A DNA stretch of 52,955 nt, taken from positions 1 to 52,955 of the forward strand of contig JAFGND010000026.1 in NCBI GenBank assembly GCA_016927185.1, given 5' to 3'. Positions 49,512 to 52,955 of the stretch are shown here, piece after piece. Position 1 is the first letter of the stretch. The number at the start of each line of letters is the position of its first letter. Source of the stretch: Candidatus Coatesbacteria bacterium (lineage in GTDB: Bacteria > JAFGND01). The notes under the pieces were generated by a model that worked only from the letters and a program-made list of their open reading frames with translations, made no database searches and was not told where the DNA came from. The position numbers and the translations under genes are program-made.

Positions 49512-50399
49512 ATGAGCAAGAGAATTAAATGTGTCAACTGCCAAAGGACAATAAGACTTGCTGAAGCAGATAAATGCCCTTATTGTGGTGAAGAATATAC
49601 AAAAGAACAGATAGAAGCTCTTCCTGAGGATGGAGATTTCCAGGAAGCAATTGAGGAAGAAAAACCTAACGAATCGAAAGGTATTAGTGTATTGTTTCTA
49701 AATCCTTACTTCATAGGAACACTAGCATTGCTTATGATAGTATTTATTACTCTTAAAGGTATAAGCTCCTGCAGTAAAAAGGAGCCTGAGGAAAAAATGA
49801 TTTCTGAAAATGCAAATGTAAGTATTTTTGATAGACTAACAGGAAGACAAAACAAAGCCCACCAGGAACAAAGGAATGCCTTCATTATGGATCAACATAA
49901 AAAAGCACTGGAAGACCTTAATCAAATACAAACACTGCTTGAATTGCATTATAAAAAATATGGGAATTATCCAAGGAAGCTTTCAGACAAACTTGAGGAG
50001 CTAACAGAATTGGGAGAGGTTGAACCTTTGCTTAGAAGATTCGACGAAAATAAAATTCTTTCATATAAGCATTTTACTTCTCCTGATGGTCAACTAGAAC
50101 AGTATGCATTACAGGTTTCGGTGAAACCTGATAAAAGAATTTTTACGGTTACCTTTGATCATAAAAAGGGAGAAGAAAAGCCTGAGGTAAAAAAAGATAG
50201 TACAAATACGATCTCGAAAAAAGAAGATACTAAAAAAGAAGATACTAAAAAAGAAGAGACTAAAGAAGAAAGCAAAACAACTGTACCCGATAAAGAAACC
50301 AAAGAAAACAGTGACTCTACGAAAGAAAATGAGGATTCTTCTTCAACAAAAAGCAATGTGTTTCCAGGAAAGAAGAAAAGAGCTAAGATAAAGATGTAA
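49512..50399 (+). CDS. Zinc-ribbon, TM helix, pseudopilin(GspG)-like helix and charged low-complexity tail
   Basis: CVNC...CPYC; TM; LNQIQTLLELHYKKYGNYPRKL; K/E/T/S-rich tail. Confidence 0.65.
   Translation: MSKRIKCVNCQRTIRLAEADKCPYCGEEYTKEQIEALPEDGDFQEAIEEEKPNESKGISVLFLNPYFIGTLALLMIVFITLKGISSCSKKEPEEKMISENANVSIFDRLTGRQNKAHQEQRNAFIMDQHKKALEDLNQIQTLLELHYKKYGNYPRKLSDKLEELTELGEVEPLLRRFDENKILSYKHFTSPDGQLEQYALQVSVKPDKRIFTVTFDHKKGEEKPEVKKDSTNTISKKEDTKKEDTKKEETKEESKTTVPDKETKENSDSTKENEDSSSTKSNVFPGKKKRAKIKM
50217..50261 (+). repeat. In-frame 15-bp tandem repeat x3 (KKEDT KKEDT KKEET)
   Basis: AAAAAAGAAGATACT twice, then AAAAAAGAAGAGACT. Confidence 0.9.
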
Positions 50400-50448
50400 T
50401 TTCCACTTGACTAGCTTTGCTTCTTATTTGTGAAAGCTGCTAATATTA

Positions 50449-51579
50449 ATGTCTAAAACCAAGTTTGCATTTGTACTGGGAACACGCCCTGAAGCTATCA
50501 AGTTAGCACCTGTAATATTAGAATCCTTGAAAAGAGAAAAACAGCTTGATACAATAATAATAACTACTGGTCAGCATAAATCAATGTTAGAACAAATCCT
50601 TGAATTATTCAAAATAATACCTGATCATGATTTGAAAATAATGCAGCATAATCAGAATCTTGCTTCTGTAACTTCAAAGGCTATTTCAGGTTTATATAAG
50701 GTTTTTGAAGATGAAAAACCAGATCTTGTGATTGTTCAAGGAGATACAACATCAACCTTCTGCGGAGCGTTAACCGCTTTCTATAAGAAGATACCAGTAG
50801 CTCATGTTGAGGCAGGATTAAGAACTTTCAATAAATACCATCCATTCCCTGAGGAAATTAACAGGAAGATTGTAGGAAGCATTTCTGATTTTAATTTTGC
50901 TCCAACTTATAGAGCGAAACAAAATCTTCTCGCTGAAGGTATAGAAGATAGTAAAATATGGGTAACAGGAAATACCGGTATAGATGCTTTATTTGCTGTC
51001 ATGAAGATCAAACATGAGATTAGCAAGCAAATATCAGTAATTTTCAAGAGAAAAAAGAGAACTATACTTGTTACTGCTCACAGAAGGGAAAATCATGGCA
51101 GACCTTTAAAGGAAATATGCAAAGCTTTATCAAATATGCTTAAGAAATTCAAAGATATTCAAATACTTTTTCCTGCACATTTATCACCTAATGTTCAAAA
51201 AACAGTAAAAGAGCATTTCAAATCCACTGAAAGGATAATTATCTTACCTCCATTAAATTATTCTGATTTTGTTTTTGCAATGAAAAATTCATATATCATT
51301 TTAACTGATTCTGGTGGTATTCAGGAAGAAGCTCCTTCCCTTGGAAAACCTGTTCTGGTTCTGAGAGAAACTACAGAAAGACCTGAAGCTTTGGAAGCAG
51401 GCACTGTAAAATTAACTGGAACAGATAGCAGAAAAATACTTGACGCTGTCTCTGAATTACTTCAGAACAAACAAGAATATCTTGCCATGACTTCAAAGAG
51501 TAATCCATTTGGAGATGGAACTTCATCTGAAAAAATTATTGATTTATTAAATAACATATTTAACAAACATAAAGGATAG
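50449..51579 (+). CDS. wecB: UDP-N-acetylglucosamine 2-epimerase (non-hydrolysing)
   Basis: GTRPEAIK, TGQH, QGDT, HVEAGLR, HRREN, TDSGGIQEEA, TERPE. Confidence 0.97.
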   Translation: MSKTKFAFVLGTRPEAIKLAPVILESLKREKQLDTIIITTGQHKSMLEQILELFKIIPDHDLKIMQHNQNLASVTSKAISGLYKVFEDEKPDLVIVQGDTTSTFCGALTAFYKKIPVAHVEAGLRTFNKYHPFPEEINRKIVGSISDFNFAPTYRAKQNLLAEGIEDSKIWVTGNTGIDALFAVMKIKHEISKQISVIFKRKKRTILVTAHRRENHGRPLKEICKALSNMLKKFKDIQILFPAHLSPNVQKTVKEHFKSTERIIILPPLNYSDFVFAMKNSYIILTDSGGIQEEAPSLGKPVLVLRETTERPEALEAGTVKLTGTDSRKILDAVSELLQNKQEYLAMTSKSNPFGDGTSSEKIIDLLNNIFNKHKG

Positions 51580-51588
51580 GATAGCCTT

Positions 51589-52725
51589 ATGAAGATAATT
51601 TTACTAATCATTATGCTTATGGTTTTTGTTAATTTGCTGAATTGCTCTCCGAAATATCCCATAAAACTTACAATAGTCTATAGCAGTGATCTGGAGGGGA
51701 ATATTATACCAACTGGTTGTGGTAAGGTATATTATGGAGGTTTACCTAGAAGAGGAACAGCTGTTAAGAGGATTTTGAAAGAAAATCCTGATGCAATAGT
51801 ACTTGATGCTGGAAGTCCATTCTATTCAAGAGACATGTTTTATACTTGGCCAGAATCCTTGATTGCCGAATGGAATAATAATGCAGAGATAATAGCAAAA
51901 GCTATGAAGATAACGAAAGTACAGGCAGGTTGTATTGGTAACTGTGACCTTTTTAATGGTTTCAAAAATCTAAAAGAGTTAAATAAAAAGGCAGATTATC
52001 CTTTGCTAAGCTTGAATCTCGTTGATAAGACTTCTCAAAAACCTTATTTCAAGCCCTATAAAATTATAAAACACAAAGGGTTAAAAATTGCTGTTATAGG
52101 GATTACAAGTCCTGAAGAAAGATTCAAGACTATCATAACTGTTATGGCTAGAGAAAAAGACAAAGACATGATATTACAGAATCTGGAAGTAAAAAGACCG
52201 AAACAACTATTAACTGACCTTATTCAGAAATTAAGAAAAAATAAAGAAGCTGATTTTATAATAGTTCTTAGCAATCTTGGAAGTATGGATGATATTAATC
52301 TTATTAATGAAGTAGATGGAGTTGATGTATTAATAGGAAGCGGAATTGGAATAGAATATCTGGAAACTGTTAAAGTGAAAAATACTATTATGTGCAGGGC
52401 AGGAGGAGCTGGAAAATTCCTTGGACGAATTGATTTTTATTTGGATGGAAGTAATAAACCATATGGAGAAAAAAGAAAACTAGATGAGCTTATTAAAGAC
52501 ATAAAATACTTCAAAGAGGAAAACAAGAAAGAGCAGCTGGAAGAAGCTGAAGATGATCTGAAATTCTTTCAAGATGAAAACGGGAAAATTAATGTACAGT
52601 TCTTTGAAAATAATCTGATATTCCTTGGAAAAGATATGGAAGACGATCCAGAGATGGTCAATCTACTTCCTGAAAAATATAAAGGAATGATCAAAGACTG
52701 TAATGGGTTTAAAAAACAGGATTAA
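51589..52725 (+). CDS. Lipoprotein with degenerate 5'-nucleotidase/UshA-like metallophosphoesterase N-terminal domain
   Basis: Lipobox-like LLNC; SSDLEG...GCG...GGLPRR, DAGS, GNCD, PLLSLN, KIAVIGIT, DVLIGS. Confidence 0.75.
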   Translation: MKIILLIIMLMVFVNLLNCSPKYPIKLTIVYSSDLEGNIIPTGCGKVYYGGLPRRGTAVKRILKENPDAIVLDAGSPFYSRDMFYTWPESLIAEWNNNAEIIAKAMKITKVQAGCIGNCDLFNGFKNLKELNKKADYPLLSLNLVDKTSQKPYFKPYKIIKHKGLKIAVIGITSPEERFKTIITVMAREKDKDMILQNLEVKRPKQLLTDLIQKLRKNKEADFIIVLSNLGSMDDINLINEVDGVDVLIGSGIGIEYLETVKVKNTIMCRAGGAGKFLGRIDFYLDGSNKPYGEKRKLDELIKDIKYFKEENKKEQLEEAEDDLKFFQDENGKINVQFFENNLIFLGKDMEDDPEMVNLLPEKYKGMIKDCNGFKKQD

Positions 52726-52726
52726 A

Positions 52727-52955
52727 TTAATCGAGAATGAAAGTCAGTTTATTCTGACATTTAGGACATCTTATTGGATTTTGATGAAAGAATAATTGAG
52801 TTTTATAACCAGTTCTTTTTATCAGCAACTCTTTGCAAAATGGGCAATAGGTATTATTATTAGCAGATATATTTCCAAGGTATATATATTTCAAATATTC
52901 TGAAATGATTTCCTTAGCATGATTAAGCAAAATAGGTGGGGTGGGTTCAGCGTTG
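52727..52955 (-). CDS. amrS: C-terminal fragment of AmmeMemoRadiSam radical SAM enzyme (runs off the window edge)
   Basis: Frame open to the edge: EPTP...LKYIYLGN...NTYCPFC..LLIKRTGY...CPKC. Confidence 0.8.
   Translation of the reverse strand, partial: NAEPTPPILLNHAKEIISEYLKYIYLGNISANNNTYCPFCKELLIKRTGYKTQLFFHQNPIRCPKCQNKLTFILD

Noticed and set aside
110-51662. Numerous 60-150 aa antisense or alternate-frame ORFs in the ORF track
   Set aside because: They lie within or largely overlap well-supported genes, carry no motifs, and are as expected for shadow ORFs
51700-51730. Selenocysteine (TGA) recoding in the UshA-like gene
   Set aside because: The codon is TGT (Cys) and the ORF is uninterrupted

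Overview
AT-rich, densely packed bacterial chromosomal segment with about 42 credible CDS. I found no rRNA, tRNA, CRISPR array, integrase or transposase. The organism looks like a diderm (outer-membrane beta-barrel, DnaK with the diderm-type N-terminal insert, a protein with a T9SS-like C-terminal sorting domain). It is probably an anaerobe (Fe-S CoA-activase/reductase fusion, B12 radical SAM); placement in or near the FCB superphylum is inference. Housekeeping genes: hrcA-dnaK-dnaJ (no grpE, no CIRCE), asnS, nadE, sppA, tldD/pmbA, rsmI, tmk, gpsA, deoC, wecB and a partial amrS. Many envelope genes are present: four GT-C-fold membrane glycosyltransferases (three with TPRs), GT4, GT9, a phosphoglycosyl transferase, zinc-ribbon membrane proteins and a transglutaminase-like pair. 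The strongest lead is at the left edge: a fused PlsA/PlsR-like (plasmalogen/ether-lipid reductase-like) gene lies 1 nt upstream of a Tam41/Mmp37-like CDP-diacylglycerol synthase, suggesting a lipid-biosynthesis module. The second lead is an hrcA operon with a sigma54-type promoter, a non-CIRCE palindrome and a diverged HrcA recognition helix. All family calls come from motifs recognised by eye; no database searches were run.
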